A stretch of 64,000 bases of DNA from Octopus bimaculoides (Eukaryota). Positions within the stretch are counted from its first letter, which is position 1, and every line of letters begins with the position of its first letter. Below the pieces are notes generated by a model that saw nothing but the letters and a program-made list of their open reading frames with translations, was not told where the DNA came from and made no database searches. The stretch spans positions 116,004,195-116,068,194 of the forward strand of contig NC_068984.1 in the NCBI RefSeq assembly GCF_001194135.2. The letters run 5' to 3'. Below, piece by piece: positions 12,613 to 25,169 of the stretch. A program made the translations under genes and the position numbers.

Positions 12613-13209
12613 GTTAATTTCCGTAAAATTTTTGAAATTTCTTTATGCTTAGAAGAGATCAGAAATTGAAACACATAAATACATATGCATACATCTTTTT
12701 TATATGTATGCGTGTGTGCATGTGAGAGAGAAAGTGAGTGACTGTATTTCCTCATAACATATAGAGAAATGGATGTCTCTTATGATATACACTCATATAG
12801 AAAATGTAACGTCATCTACATCGTGGTATAAAATGTCATTTAGGATAGTTGAAGTATAGAAAGATTATAACGATAAATGTTTGTAATGCAAATAGGTAAA
12901 TGAAAATAAAGTTTATTTGTTACCCGAAAGTTTAGTGAATCTTTTGATACCCCACACGTCAAAATCGTCAAGTTAGTTTTTGAATGCATTTGTTAATTTC
13001 CGATGTTTTTCTTTATGCTTTGAAGAGAGCAAAAATTGAAAGAGAAAAGAAAGTGAAACCGTGAGATTTACTTGTAAGTGAGAGCAGAAAGGGAAAGAGA
13101 CGAGAAAGTGAAAGATGCACGTGTATATGAAATGGACGCGTGCGTGCTGATCGCGTACGTGCTGGTTACGTATGTGTGTTTGCGCCTGTGTGTGCCTGTA
13201 CTTGTGCGT

Positions 13210-13247
<38 letters not shown>

Positions 13248-13391
13248 GAGAGAGAGTGAGTGAAGGTGCGTGTTGTCATGTACGTGTAAGTGGCACTCAT
13301 TCGGTCTCTGTCTCACACACTCTCACATCTTTCATATGCACATACATAAATACATGTGCATACATCTTTTTTGTATATATGTGTGCGTGTG

Positions 13392-13457
<66 letters not shown>

Positions 13458-13640
13458 ACTGTATTTTGTCATAACATAGAGAAATGGATTTCTTTTAAGG
13501 TACACACCCATATAGAAAAAATGTGACGTCGTCGTCGTTATCGTTGTAGTATAAAATGTTTACGATAGTTGACTTATAGAAAAGATTATAATGTAAAATT
13601 TTTGTAATGCAAATATGTAAATGAAAATAAAGTTTATTTG
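12613..13640. repeat. Old tandem duplication (12613-12919 vs 12992-13640)
   Basis: Shared blocks: GTTAATTTCCG..CTTTATGCTT.GAAGAG, CATAAATACAT.TGCATACATCTTTT, CATAACATA..GAGAAATGGAT and TGTAATGCAAATA.GTAAATGAAAATAAAGTTTATTTG. Confidence 0.85.
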
Positions 13641-13739
13641 GTAAGATTACGCCTGTCTCTTCCTGTCTCCTGCCCTTCCCTGATATCAGCCACCGTCATT
13701 ATGCCACATTTTCCTGAACTTAACACTTTTGCACCCCTC

Positions 13740-13955
13740 CCATTTCAAATAGCCCAGCCCCCATAGTCGGTCAATTATAGATATTTTATTTAAATCTATT
13801 TAGCCTATAATTGAACTGTATCTTAGTTCAACATGTATACAAAGTTTGGTGAAGATTGATTTCCTGGTTTTAGCACAACATAGTAACAGAGAGGGGGAAA
13901 GGAGCCAGTCAGACAGACAAACAGAGAGAAATTGCCATTTATATATACGATATGC
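13740..13955 (+). mobile_element. Possible Helitron/Helentron-associated non-autonomous element fragment
   Basis: ATACAAAGTTTGGTGAAGATTG..., internal CAGACAGACAAACAG and terminal TTTATATATACGAT resemble DINE-1/Lep1-like element architecture. Pattern recognition only. Confidence 0.3.
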
Positions 13956-14014
13956 AACGGGCGTCCAAAGAGTTTCTGTCTATCAAATTCATTGAAAAAA
14001 CAGCGGTCGGCCTG

Positions 14015-14551
14015 TTCCATTTCATTTCGTTTCTTTGGAAAATTTTAGGACTTTCTGTATCTGTATACAACTAATCTAAGGAGAAATTCTTTATACAGTA
14101 CATTTGGTTATGGTGCCACGCTGAGAAGCAAACTTTTTGCAACACAGTCATGGTCATTCAAAAGAAAAAAAAAGCTTTATGGTTTCGTTAGATCTTACCT
14201 TTACACTAACTATAATTAATAAGTATCCATATGAGATTTTACTATGTTTCGTGTTTAGTATGGGTCAACGGAATATTTCTTATTGAGGTTAGAACTCATT
14301 GAGCCTGGATATTAAATTCCTGGTGTGGTTCCTAACCGTAAGAATTAATAGCTCGATCAAGTTCGTTTTGTGATCGTAAAAATTGATGTGATTCCAACAT
14401 TTTGATATGCCAACCACAGGAGACCAAATCAGAACCATTTTAAACGAACACAGCAGGATGTATATCGTTTCGGACTATCGTATCATTTACTACCATAATA
14501 TGTTTGATTATTTCTTGGATTTAGATTCAGCAGTCGTACACTCCTTGTACG

Positions 14552-14649
<98 letters not shown>

Positions 14650-15040
14650 TGCAATAAAATGTTTTTGGTACAGAATAGTATATTGGTAATAAAAATAAAG
14701 TTGGTTAGAAGAAATGAAGAAATTGTACCCTAGTTTATACAAAGGCACAGAATGTCTTCAAATTTTCCAAAGAAACGAAATGAAATGGAATGGAATGAAA
14801 TAAAATCAAATAAAATAATGTAAAATAAAATAGAATATTTACAGTATTACCTTTAAGAATTTTCGTCTTGCGCTAGAGAAAGACTGTGACGCTACTACAA
14901 AAGTGGGGCAATCATCTCCAGCGCTAGACGCAAAAATGTAAGAACAGAAAGACCCTACTTTATTTTCTTTCATTCCTTTTCATTTCCTTGGAAAATTTTA
15001 GGACTTTCCGTTTCTGTATATAACTAATCTAAGGAGAAAT
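14015..15040. repeat. Three related arms in ->, <-, -> orientation (fold-back/MITE-like)
   Basis: 14015-14045 is a perfect 31-bp inverted repeat of 14760-14790. 14975-15055 is a direct diverged copy of 14020-14115. A small imperfect hairpin lies at 14860-14937. Confidence 0.8.
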
Positions 15041-15789
15041 TCTTAATTTATTTTGTTATGTTACCACGGGCAGATCTATGTGCCTTCGAGACATACAGTG
15101 ATTTGCATTGATCTTGTTATTGCTATGTAATCTGTATGCAGTTCTTCTTAGAGCTGTTTTCTTTATGCTGTTACATATTCATAAATCATTGGATTTGGAA
15201 TCTCTATCTCTCTCCGTATTGTTTGATCACCTACAACATGTTGACGTTTCGTAGTTGTTTGCATTAACTTCCCTTCGATCACTTCTAGATATCTATGTGA
15301 CTCTACTACTATAGAATATTTTATAGTATTTTATAGTTATCCGATTACATAAGATCCCCTCTGTCAATGTAATCGTTGTGTATATAATCTTTCTATATAA
15401 AATTTTGTATGGTTTTTAAAATGCACTCATCATTCATATATTTTTGCATTTAACTTCGTTTTATCCAATACATTTTAATACTCCTTAATGTTTTATTTAT
15501 TGTATGTGAATTGTACAGTCCAGTTCATTGATTTCTGTGTATTTGTACATCTGTATTTCACTCAATTATCTTATATCTATTGCTTTATCGAGTAATGACT
15601 TTAGCATACTTAATTAATTTTCCTCACTTCAAGGTCGCCTTGAAGCATTTTGTAATCTGAATCTCGTATCAATTTCGCCGCTAAATCCCTGGTACTATTT
15701 GAAGTGGTGGTCTATCTAGTGTATTATCTTCAGAGATCAATCAGTGAACTAGGTAGCTTAAAATTTGCATAGATTTAAGTAAACGTTCG

Positions 15790-16000
15790 GAGAGCATACT
15801 GATTTCAAATTTTGGCACAAGGCCAGCAATTTCGCGGGAGAGATATAGTCGATTGCATTAACTCCAGCACTCAACTCGTATTTACTTTATTGACCTCGAA
15901 GGATGAAAGGCAAAGTCGACCTCGGCGGAATTTACACTCGGAATATAAAGACAGCCGAAATGCTGCTAAGCAGTTTTGCTCGGCGCTGTAACGATTCTAT
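15790..16000 (-). mobile_element. Family-B SINE
   Basis: GGCACAAGGCCAGCAAT..GGATGAAAGGCAAAGTCGACCTCGGCGGAATT..CCGAAATGCTGCTAAGC. Confidence 0.85.
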
Positions 16001-16371
16001 TAGATTGTAACCTTGTTCGGATAGAATATTAAAACGCATTTGATAAGACGGAGCTAAATGAAAAGATATGGTTATAATATTGTAGCTATAGTTATATTTT
16101 CAATTGGTTATTATCTGTAGTGTCTAACTGCAAGTTTATTGACTGTTAATTTATTTTACTGAATCAACTTCTGGGATCTATTTAATCCGCGCTCCGGAGA
16201 TATCTGAACCCATGGTTTAATGAAAAACAAAACAGTGATGGATTGCTTTTCACTCCTCAGGAACGATAAAATAAACTACCAGTTAAGTTGTGAACTCAAC
16301 GATATGATGAACAAACGCCTTTTCAAAATTATTGGCATTTCACCCAATTTAGAAGTTATTATTTGGAGATG

Positions 16372-16640
16372 CATAGCTCTGTGATAAGAACGTCGGGCTT
16401 ACAATCGTGAGGCTGTGAGTTCGATTCTCACACTGGGCTGAGTGTTCACTCAGTTCACTCAGCTGTAGAAATGACTTGTGATGTTACTGGTGCCTTTACC
16501 TTAAACAACATTGATGACTAGTATACCTACATACCTACGCAACTGCTGTTCTTCCACAAACAACCTTGCCCGGATTTGTGCCTCGGAAGGGAAGTTTCTA
16601 GGTGCAATCGCATGGTTATTCCTGACCGAGGGATGTCTTT
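16372..16640 (+). mobile_element. Family-D tRNA-headed SINE, degenerate
   Basis: GCATAGCTCTGTGATAAG..GAGTTCGATTCTCACACTGGGC..CACTCAGCTGTAGAAATGA; related to 23847-24075. Confidence 0.55.
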
Positions 16641-16664
16641 ACCCATTATCCTATTGAAAGAGCG

Positions 16665-17012
16665 TTTCGGCCGAGGCCGAATTCAAATCTTCATCCCTTC
16701 GGGGTTGATAAAAGAAATACCAATTGAACACTGAAGTCGATGTTAACAATTCTCAGCATTTTCTGGCCTTGCGCCTATAACAGAACGGATTATCTGAAGG
16801 GCGTTGGATAGGCGCACTGATTAGAGTGTCGGACAAAATGCAATATGCTGTGTTTTTCGGCTCTCTATGTTCTGAATTCAGATCCCGCCGAGGTCGACTT
16901 TACTTTTCATCTTTTCGTGGTCGATAAAATAAATGCCACTTGAGCACTGGTGTCGATGTAATCGACTTACCCCTACCCGAACATGATGGCCTTATGCCAA
17001 AGTTTGAAATTA
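16665..17012 (+). mobile_element. Two tandem family-B SINE units
   Basis: The core CATCCCTTCGGGGTTGATAAA at ~16692 and GAGGTCGACTTTACTTTTCATC..GGTCGATAAAATAAA at ~16890; each is followed by a GGCCTT.TGCC tail. Confidence 0.75.
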
Positions 17013-17076
17013 TTACTATTATTACAGCTCCTCCCCCTCCTCCTCCTCCCCTCACACAAGCGTGTGTATACATTAA

Positions 17077-17289
17077 GGCGCAGGTGTAAGAGTGTGGTTG
17101 TGAGTTTGCTTTCCAACTACACTGTTCCGGGTTCAATTACAGTGCGTGATACCTGATACCTTGAGTTGATCTCTTGTACTGTTACCCCAGGCCGACCGAA
17201 GACTTGTAATGGATTTAGTGCACGATAACTGAACTGAAAAGCCCATCGTATATACATATACACACACACACACACACACACGCACACAC

Positions 17290-17345
<56 letters not shown>

Positions 17346-17770
17346 GCGTGTGTATGTGTACATATGTGTATGTGTGTGTGTGTGTATTTGTGTGTCTGTA
17401 TGTATTTGTGTGTTTGTACATTAATCCCTCCACATATTGCGGTTCACCTATCGCTCAGTTAGTACATCGCGGGTTTCTGTATTTATATTTTTATAGGTTT
17501 TAATAATTTATGTGGGAGGTGTTCGAACGTAACATCCGCAATAGTTGAGGGATTACTGTATTTGTATTTGTTCCCTCATCGCTTGACAACCGGTGTTGTG
17601 CTGTTTAAGTTCCCCGAAACGTAGCTGTTTGGCAAAATAGAAACCGATAGAATTAGTATCAGGGATTATAAAAATGAGTGCTGGGACGAGTCATTCGACT
17701 AAAACCCCACAAAACAGTGTCCCAGCTTGGCCGCAGTCTAATGATTGAAGCAAAAGAAAAGACAAAATAA
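17077..17770 (+). mobile_element. Family-A SINE with expanded internal microsatellite
   Basis: GGCGCAGG head, GGGTTCAAT B-box-like motif, GGCCGACCGAAG, GAAAAGCCCATCG followed by (CA)/(TA)/(TG)n, CGCTTGACAACCGG, and GGCCGCAGTCTAATGATTGAA tail. Confidence 0.85.
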
Positions 17771-18476
17771 TAAAACCCATAATCACTCTTCCTACCATCG
17801 TGCAAATGTTTTACTGGATATTTTTCATGAACAGAATTTCCTTCGTTATTCTAATCATAAACAAACCTTGTGTCTTGTTTAATTAGCTTTACATTGCTTC
17901 ATGTCACAGCATATGACGAGAAAGGTTAATTTATAATTTAGAAACAACTTAAGAATGAGACTAACAGGTGTTTATTGAGTACCGACACGTACTTGAGCAA
18001 TATTCAAAAGCAAAGTTGCAGTTTAAAATAGAAAAGGAGAAATAGTTTGGAGAATAACATATTGCCTTACNNNNNNNNNNNNNNNNNNNNNNNNNNNNNN
18101 NNNNNNNNNNNNNNNNNNNNNNNNNNNNNNNNNNNNNNNNNNNNNNNNNNNNNNNNNNNNNNNNNNNNNNNNNNNNNNNNNNNNNNNNNNNNNNNNNNNN
18201 NNNNNNNNNNNNNNNNNNNNNNNNNNNNNNNNNNNNNNNNNNNNNNNNNNNNNNNNNNNNNNNNNNNNNNNNNNNNNNNNNNNNNNNNNNNNNNNNNNNN
18301 NNNNNNNNNNNNNNNNNNNNNNNNNNNNNNNNNNNNNNNNNNNNNNNNNNNNNNNNNNNNNNNNNNNNNNNNNNNNNNNNNNNNNNNNNNNNNNNNNNNN
18401 NNNNNNNNNNNNNNNNNNNNNNNNNNNNNNNNNNNNNNNNNNNNNNNGAGAGAGAGAGAGAGAGAGAGAGAGAGAG

Positions 18477-18655
18477 CAGAGGAAGCCTGGGATATTAAAA
18501 ACATCAAGAATAATCCTAGGGTCTTTTACTCCTCTACAAAGATACTTAGGACCAAAGTTTCCTCCATCGGGTCACTGGCTGACGGAAACGGCATCCTTCA
18601 CTGATGCCAAAGATATGGCTGAGATCCTGCAAAGTCAATACTGCTCTGTCTTCAG
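18477..18655 (+). mobile_element. CR1-type LINE ORF2 fragment
   Basis: EEAWDIKNIKNNPRVFYSSTKILRTKVSSIGSLADGNGILH, frameshift, DAKDMAEILQSQYCSVFS. This is the typical KxNPKxFYxY...IGPL...EMAEILxxQYxSVFS segment preceding the RT. Confidence 0.8.
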
Positions 18656-19376
18656 TGTGCGTGTGTGTGTGAGTGTGTGTGTGTGTGTGTGTGCGCGCAC
18701 ATGTGTGTGTGTATGTATGGTGTGTGTGCGTGCGTGCGTGCGTGTGTGTATGTGTGTACTAATCAAAAACCCATCCAAGACTGTAGAATGAATAAGTTGT
18801 CTGAGATGGGACGCAAGAATACAGCACAATGATACGAAACATTGAACTACATGGTTAAGTGGCAACTTGTAATCCTTACACCCATGGTTGCGTTATTTGT
18901 GAATAACCTTGGCACCGAATTGTGTACAACGTTTTACAAGCCAATATGCAAGCAGCAAAATTTCTTGCCCAATAAAATTCATTTTTCCATTATGATATTT
19001 CTATCAACGACAGAGCAAAATGTTTAGTTACAGACGGTTTCTCATAATTCATTTCTCTTTTATGTTGGAATTACAACATTTGTACTAATCGAGATGGGAA
19101 CCTCTAAATAAGCGTTGATCCGGTTAGAAACAATAGTCAAGCATATACCGAATAACGTCGCGCTGTGTAATACAAGGAAGAATACTAGATGCGGTTGTAA
19201 ATATAATACTCGATATATGTAACGCCACAGAAACATGAATAGGGCTGCTACACGCCCCCCACATACAACCCCCCCCCGCATACACACACTCATACACATA
19301 CATATGTGTACATATATGATAGACCTTCGGTCAATATGGCTGTAGTGTGATCACCGGTATGTATGTATATATAAAC

Positions 19377-19407
<31 letters not shown>

Positions 19408-19473
19408 TGTGTGTATGTGTGTGTGTGTATGTGTGTGTGTGTATGTGTGTGTGTATACACATACATATAGACA

Positions 19474-19524
<51 letters not shown>

Positions 19525-19871
19525 CGGCACACGATTGGTTACTTTACTAATTCTGTGTTCAGGCACACCCTCTTTATTGTTCAAATATGCAAATGTCTTG
19601 TGGTTTCTCTTGTTGAATTCATTACAGGAGGATTTCTAAATGACAAATAGCAGGTACCTGGTGAAAGAGAATACTGAATAATTATGTAACAAATTAAAGT
19701 TACATAATATGCGTTTGGTGCACCTTTTGAAACAATTGTAGAACATTAATTACCTATTCCATTTCTTTCGTCCATAGATTTTATGGACATGCCACCATGA
19801 CGAAGCAGTCCTTTGTACAACGGCAATAACTACAATATACTTGATTACATTGATTTGATCCAAATAAAATC

Positions 19872-19957
19872 ATGAAAGGCATCATTCTTACAGTCTTGCT
19901 GTGCCTGGGAAGAACACGGGCGCTGCCCACTCCTCCGGATAGAACTACTAATAAAAG
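19872..19957 (+). CDS. Candidate first coding exon encoding a signal-peptide-like N-terminus (unverified)
   Basis: Acceptor TTCCATTTCTTTCGTCCATAG at 19777 and start context AAAATCATG. Reads MKGIILTVLLCLGRTRA-LPTPPDRTTNK(R). The possible donor AAG|GTGTCC is weak. Unspliced, the ORF ends after 46 aa. Confidence 0.3.
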
Positions 19958-21451
19958 GTGTCCAATAGTCTTATGGCGCACTTTGCTAGAAACTGTAACC
20001 TCCGTATTTTGACAAGTATTTATGTAACTTTAAATGGAGAATGTTCTTTAAGGGAAGATTGGAGAAATAAATGTAAATATTACATAAAATCACTGCAGAG
20101 GAATAAGAAATGCAAGTACATTTCAATGGCATTAATGTGCAGAAAAAATAAAACAGAGAGTGAGCTAGAGAGTGAGTGAAAGTGTGAGAGAGAGAGAGAA
20201 AGCGAAAAAAGAAGGAGAGCGTGTGTTTCTTTCTGGGGCCGTTTTAAGTTCTCTTGACTTCTCAGCGATGTACCGGTCTGCTGACAGTAAATACACTTGT
20301 ATTTTAGCCGTACCATTACAAATAAGACGTCAACTTTAAAACACCGGACTATGTGCTTTTAAACATGGATGTTTTTTTTTTCTGCTTCTACTCGACTTCG
20401 ATGTTTAAATTGCATGACAATCCTGGCATCCTGTAGTTTTCCATTCCCCAAATTCTCATGGAATAAGATTTGTCGGGACGTATCATAATGAAATTAAAGT
20501 TATATAATGATGATCTGTTGATTGTGAAATCTGTCTCCATCAAGTGGATTATTATTTCTAACGATCGGAGACTAACCGTATATAAGGCACACTTATTTTG
20601 GTTGTAACTTAAGCAATCTTGAACCTTGCAAGGAGTTCGTGGTGGCGCGGACAAAATCTAGTAATAGTTCAAAAGGAAATAGAAATCATTTACTGAACAA
20701 AATATAATGATATATCTTGATTTAAAGAAGTCTGTGATTATAATGTACAGCCTCTGTGATTTCTTATACCGTTCAAAATCCATAATAAACTGTTTCTTTC
20801 TTGTCTTAGCTTCTATAGACACCGATGCATAAACGTGTTTCTTCCTTCTTTTCATGTAGTTTCCACAGAAAGTATAAATATATTACTTTTTATTTCATTC
20901 AGAAATGTATATATGGGAACCTTTTCATCATTAACTTCGGAATAGCCGTGATAAAAATAATTATGTCAAAAACAATTTTCCCAAAAGTTGATATACAAAG
21001 TCAGCTATTAATGGTATGTGCCTGATATAAATCATTAACTATAAAGTTTAGAATCTAAATGTGCGTAGGAGAGTGCATAAAATGTAAAAGAGCACGAAAG
21101 AAAGACTTTGAAAAGTGTATTAGAGTAGGCTGACAACAATACTACAGTAGTATTTCACTATGCAACATAAAATGGCAGCCATTACCACCATGGCATATGA
21201 CAATAAATGTCCCAATGTAATAAGTCTGTATATCTCCATAGATATGACAAAACAACTGGATATTTTCCATTGGGAATTATGCAGACAGCTGGACATTCCA
21301 ATTGAGAAGCGAGATCTGCATAAATATTAGGCAGTTGTTTGAATTCAGTAATGGAACAATATTTTGTGACACGCCAAGGAAGGAGACAAAGAGCGAACGT
21401 CGACTCATATTATTTTCAAAATTCCATCATGTACTCTGTAATGCACAAAAG

Positions 21452-21548
<97 letters not shown>

Positions 21549-21558
21549 TATTTGATTG

Positions 21559-21729
21559 TGGCTGCGTGGTAAGAAGCTTGTTTCCCAACCACATGGTTCT
21601 AGGTTCAGTCCCACTTGTACAATGTGTCACGCAATGGTGCCTTGGCCAAGTATCTTCTACTAAAGCCTCGGGCCGACCAAAGCCTTGTGATGGGATTTGG
21701 TAGACGGAAACTGAAAGAAGCCCGTCGTG

Positions 21730-21766
<37 letters not shown>

Positions 21767-22036
21767 ATGTGTGTGTGTATGTGTATGTGTGTGTGTGTGT
21801 ATGTGTTTGTGTGTCTTTGTGTCTGTGTTTTTAGCCCCACCACCGCTTGACAACTGGTATTGGTGTGCTTATGCACCCGTAACTTAGTGATTTGGCAAAG
21901 GACACCAATAGAATAAGTACCAGGCTTAAAAAAATAAGTACTGGGGTTGATCCATTCGACTAAAAATTCAAGGCGGTACTCCAGCACGGCCGCAGTCTAA
22001 TGACTGAAACAAATAAAAGAGTACCAGAATAAAAGA

Positions 22037-22038
<2 letters not shown>
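21559..22038 (+). mobile_element. Family-A SINE, near full length
   Basis: GGCTGCGTGGTAAGAAGCTTG..GGTTCAGTCCCAC..GGCCGACCAAAGCCTTG..GAAAGAAGCCCGTCG-(TA)(TG)n-..GGCCGCAGTCTAATGACTGAAACAAATAAAAGA. Confidence 0.9.
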
Positions 22039-22076
<38 letters not shown>

Positions 22077-22091
22077 ATTCATGAACACAGG

Positions 22092-23272
22092 CATGAATGA
22101 CAGAAGTAAATAGACAACTCTTATAACTGAAGTTTATTTAAGTCTGAAATTATACATACAAATTATTTATTATTACAATGTAAATATCTAATATTTACTA
22201 CACATCCCCTTCACATTTGTTTTCAATGTAAGGACCCCATTAAGCATGCTACTGATCATATGACGAATATTCTCATGAGGAATTTCTTGCCAAATTTGAT
22301 GGAGTAAACTGAAGTATTCTGTCCGTTATGCCCTAGAAGTGTTCAATAGAGTTCAAATCTGGTGACTGGCTTGACTATGGAAGCTTTTTAATACCATTCT
22401 CTTCCAACCAATCTTTTGGTCTTTTTAACCATGTGACAAGGAACCACACCTTCCATAAATAAAGTCTCCTTTAAACATTTCACCAATAGAAAAGATTGGA
22501 AGGAGTTCTTTCTGCAATATGGACACATATTTATCTGAGTGTATATTTTCTTCACATTCCACCAGCACTGATCCATCATTGCTCCTAATTTCTCCCCAGA
22601 CATCGAAGAATAACTGTAGTGTTTCATTGTTGGCTGAAATCTTTTCACGTGAAATTCTTGATCACTGAGTTTCCAGATCCACACTCGACTACTGTCAGAA
22701 AATAGAGCAAATTTGGACTCATCAGAGAATATGACAGTGTCCCAAAACGTTAGTTGCCTTTCTACCATCTCACTGGCCCAAACTTTTCTCCGCTTGATAT
22801 TGGTTGGTCAAAGAAGTGGCTTCCTTCTTGCTGCTCTGTCATAGTAGCCAAGTTTGTAGAGATATCTGGCAGCTGCTCTGGGGCCCTAAATCAACTCGTT
22901 CTGCTATGTTAGAGGCCTTGCAATGAGGATTATTCTCTTAACAAAGGGAAAAGTCCTGTCAGAGGGCTCTGGTCAAACTTGGCGAGGTGACGTGGACTCC
23001 TCTTCTCTGGTGAATTGCACTGTCATTCTATTAACTGTAGGAAGCGGGATCCCAAGGTTTTCTGCGATTTTACGCTAAGTCCAAGTTCAGATTGACCCAC
23101 AATGGAGCCTCTTTGAAATTGGGACAGTTATAATATTTCGCATGTGTGTGGCAGTCACATTTAGAACCTGAAACATAATAATGTCAATTAATAAAAAATA
23201 TAACCCTTCTTTTTCAAGATAAAATAAACATAAAACGATGTTTTATGAGCTGTCTATTTACTTCTGTCACGT

Positions 23273-23275
<3 letters not shown>
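22092..23275 (-). mobile_element. Decayed full-length Tc1-family DNA transposon (DD34E)
   Basis: A 19-bp perfect inverted repeat TGACAGAAGTAAATAGACA lies at 22098-22116 and 23251-23269. The minus strand gives LSQFQRGSIVGQSELGLS..IAENLGIPLPTVNR, RAARRKPLL, VIFSDESKF and FME(G)VVPCH..DWLEENGIKKLP*SSQSPDLNSIEHF, with 34 residues between the second D position and E after correcting one frameshift. The right end abuts (TA)n. Confidence 0.9.
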
Positions 23276-23337
<62 letters not shown>

Positions 23338-23846
23338 AACCCGGAATGTAGAGAGAAATGCAAACACGCAAATACACACATGTTATTAAATACAATACGT
23401 GGTAGACAACAAAGGAAATGTAATCCGAAATTGTTTCAGTTCTGAGTTGAGTCTTCACTAACCATTGAGTCCCCTCTTTCAGAGTTCGCAGTAATAATGC
23501 TTGGAAATCCTTTAAGCCATAGAGCTTAAGTAAATGGAATAGAGAGATATAAACACTTAATGCATTCATGACAGGCAGCACGATTAATGAATTACTCTTA
23601 AAATGAACTATAAGTGATAGCCAACCAACACTGTATATAGCAACGTAGATAGAGACTTTCGTTTATATACAATATTTTTATGGACAGTAAAAGAGGAATC
23701 AAACTTGATTAGTTTCTCTCTTCTGTTGGAATTTCAGCCTTGACAGTATAACCTCTTTAGATAACCACACTACACACTGCTCATAAACCGATTATTACTA
23801 AGGGATCTTCAATTTACTTTAGTCGCTATTGTAAGTGTATATGTAA

Positions 23847-24075
23847 GGTGTATGGACCAGTGGTTGGGGTGTAGGACTCATGATACTAAGATTGTACTTT
23901 CGATTCTTGGACAGAGCGATGCGTTGCGTTCTTGAGCAAAACACTTCATTTCACGTTGCTCCATTACACTCAACTGGCAAAAATGAGTATCTCTGCGACT
24001 GACCAGGGGAATTATATTCTACAAAAGCCAGGAAACCGGCCCTATGAATCTATATGACTCGGGAAGGAACATTAT
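23847..24075 (+). mobile_element. Family-D tRNA-headed SINE with CORE-like central block
   Basis: GGTGTATGGACCAGTGGTT..TTCGATTC..CTTGAGCAAAACACTTCATTTCACGTTGCTCCA..CACTCAACTGGCAAAAATGAGT. Confidence 0.6.
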
Positions 24076-24104
24076 CTCTTTTATAATAATAAATATACGA
24101 TAGA

Positions 24105-24325
24105 GAAGTAAGCTAGCAGAATCGTTCGAGCGTTGGAGAATTACTTTGCGGTGTTTCTTTCGATTCTGCCTTTTGGATTTCAGATGTTATCGAGGTCAAC
24201 TTTGTCTATCATCCTTACGGGTTCATTGAAGGAAAGTACGATTCAAGTACTGGAGGTCGACGTCAATGACTTACCCTGTCCGCTCGAAATTGCTGGCCTT
24301 GTGTCTAAATTAGAAGCGGTTATTA
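24105..24325 (+). mobile_element. Family-B SINE
   Basis: AGCTAGCAGAATCGTT..GAGGTCAACTTTGTCTATCATCCTTACGGG..GAAATTGCTGGCCTTGTGTCTAAATTAGAA. Confidence 0.75.
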
Positions 24326-25169
24326 GTTTCGATGCTCACCTCTCGATCATAGTATCATGGGTTTAGTTCCTGGTGTGCTGTGTCCTTGAATAAGGCACTT
24401 CACGTCACCTTGTCACAGGTCAGACAGCCGAGTGCCAACAGAATGTTGGTGCAGCTCTCTCTTTTTCTCTCCTTCCAGCTTGTTTATCCTGAATGTGCCG
24501 TTAGGTCAGAGGGTGGAAGACGCAAGAGAGTGTCTATGTCTACTCATGACTACATAGGCATCTAAAACAATCAGCGAAAGCATGATAGATAAATGCTACC
24601 AAACCATATTCCGTCACTGGTGACAGTTGGCTCTCTAGTAAAAGACACGATTATATTTATTTACACATAAGCTATATTCCTTTTAAATATCATGAACGAA
24701 CCTTAAAAGGGAGTGGTTTAGTTTACTAAGACGTTTCCTTCTGACCTTGAATAACAATAAGCATAAGAGTGTAGCGGGTGGGTAGAATTAGTAAAGAGTC
24801 AGACAAAATAACCTGTGGTATGTAGACACATACATATGTTTTGAGTTCAAATCCCACCTATGTTCATTTTTGTTTCTATCTTTCTGAGTTTGATCTGATG
24901 GACTTCGGAGCAGGCATTGCCTCAACGTAACAACAGTCCAATGTTGGAGCCCAGTGAAAATTATGGGAATATATTGTTTCATTCTCTGAAATTGTTATTA
25001 GTAATACTGCTTTACCTAAAAGTATCGATTACTTTTAAATAATGTATATTGACAGAAGAAAATAATATAGCATCGTATGTAAATAATAGTATGGAAGTGC
25101 AACCAGAAGCAATATGCAAAATAAGAAAAGTTAGGCTTCACAAGTCAGAAAAATATATATGGCACCAAG

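Noticed and set aside
19781-19981. Minus-strand six-Cys ORF (..QCNQVYCSYCRCTKDCFVMVACP)
   Set aside because: It starts at GTG with no in-frame ATG before the hydrophobic stretch, and is antisense to the better-supported plus-strand exon candidate.
24889-24926. Possible middle micro-exon FDLMDFGAGIAST for the candidate peptide gene
   Set aside because: It needs a rare GAG acceptor, and its pyrimidine tract is a degenerate family-B SINE core (GTTCAAATCCCACC..TTTCTATCTTTCTGAG).
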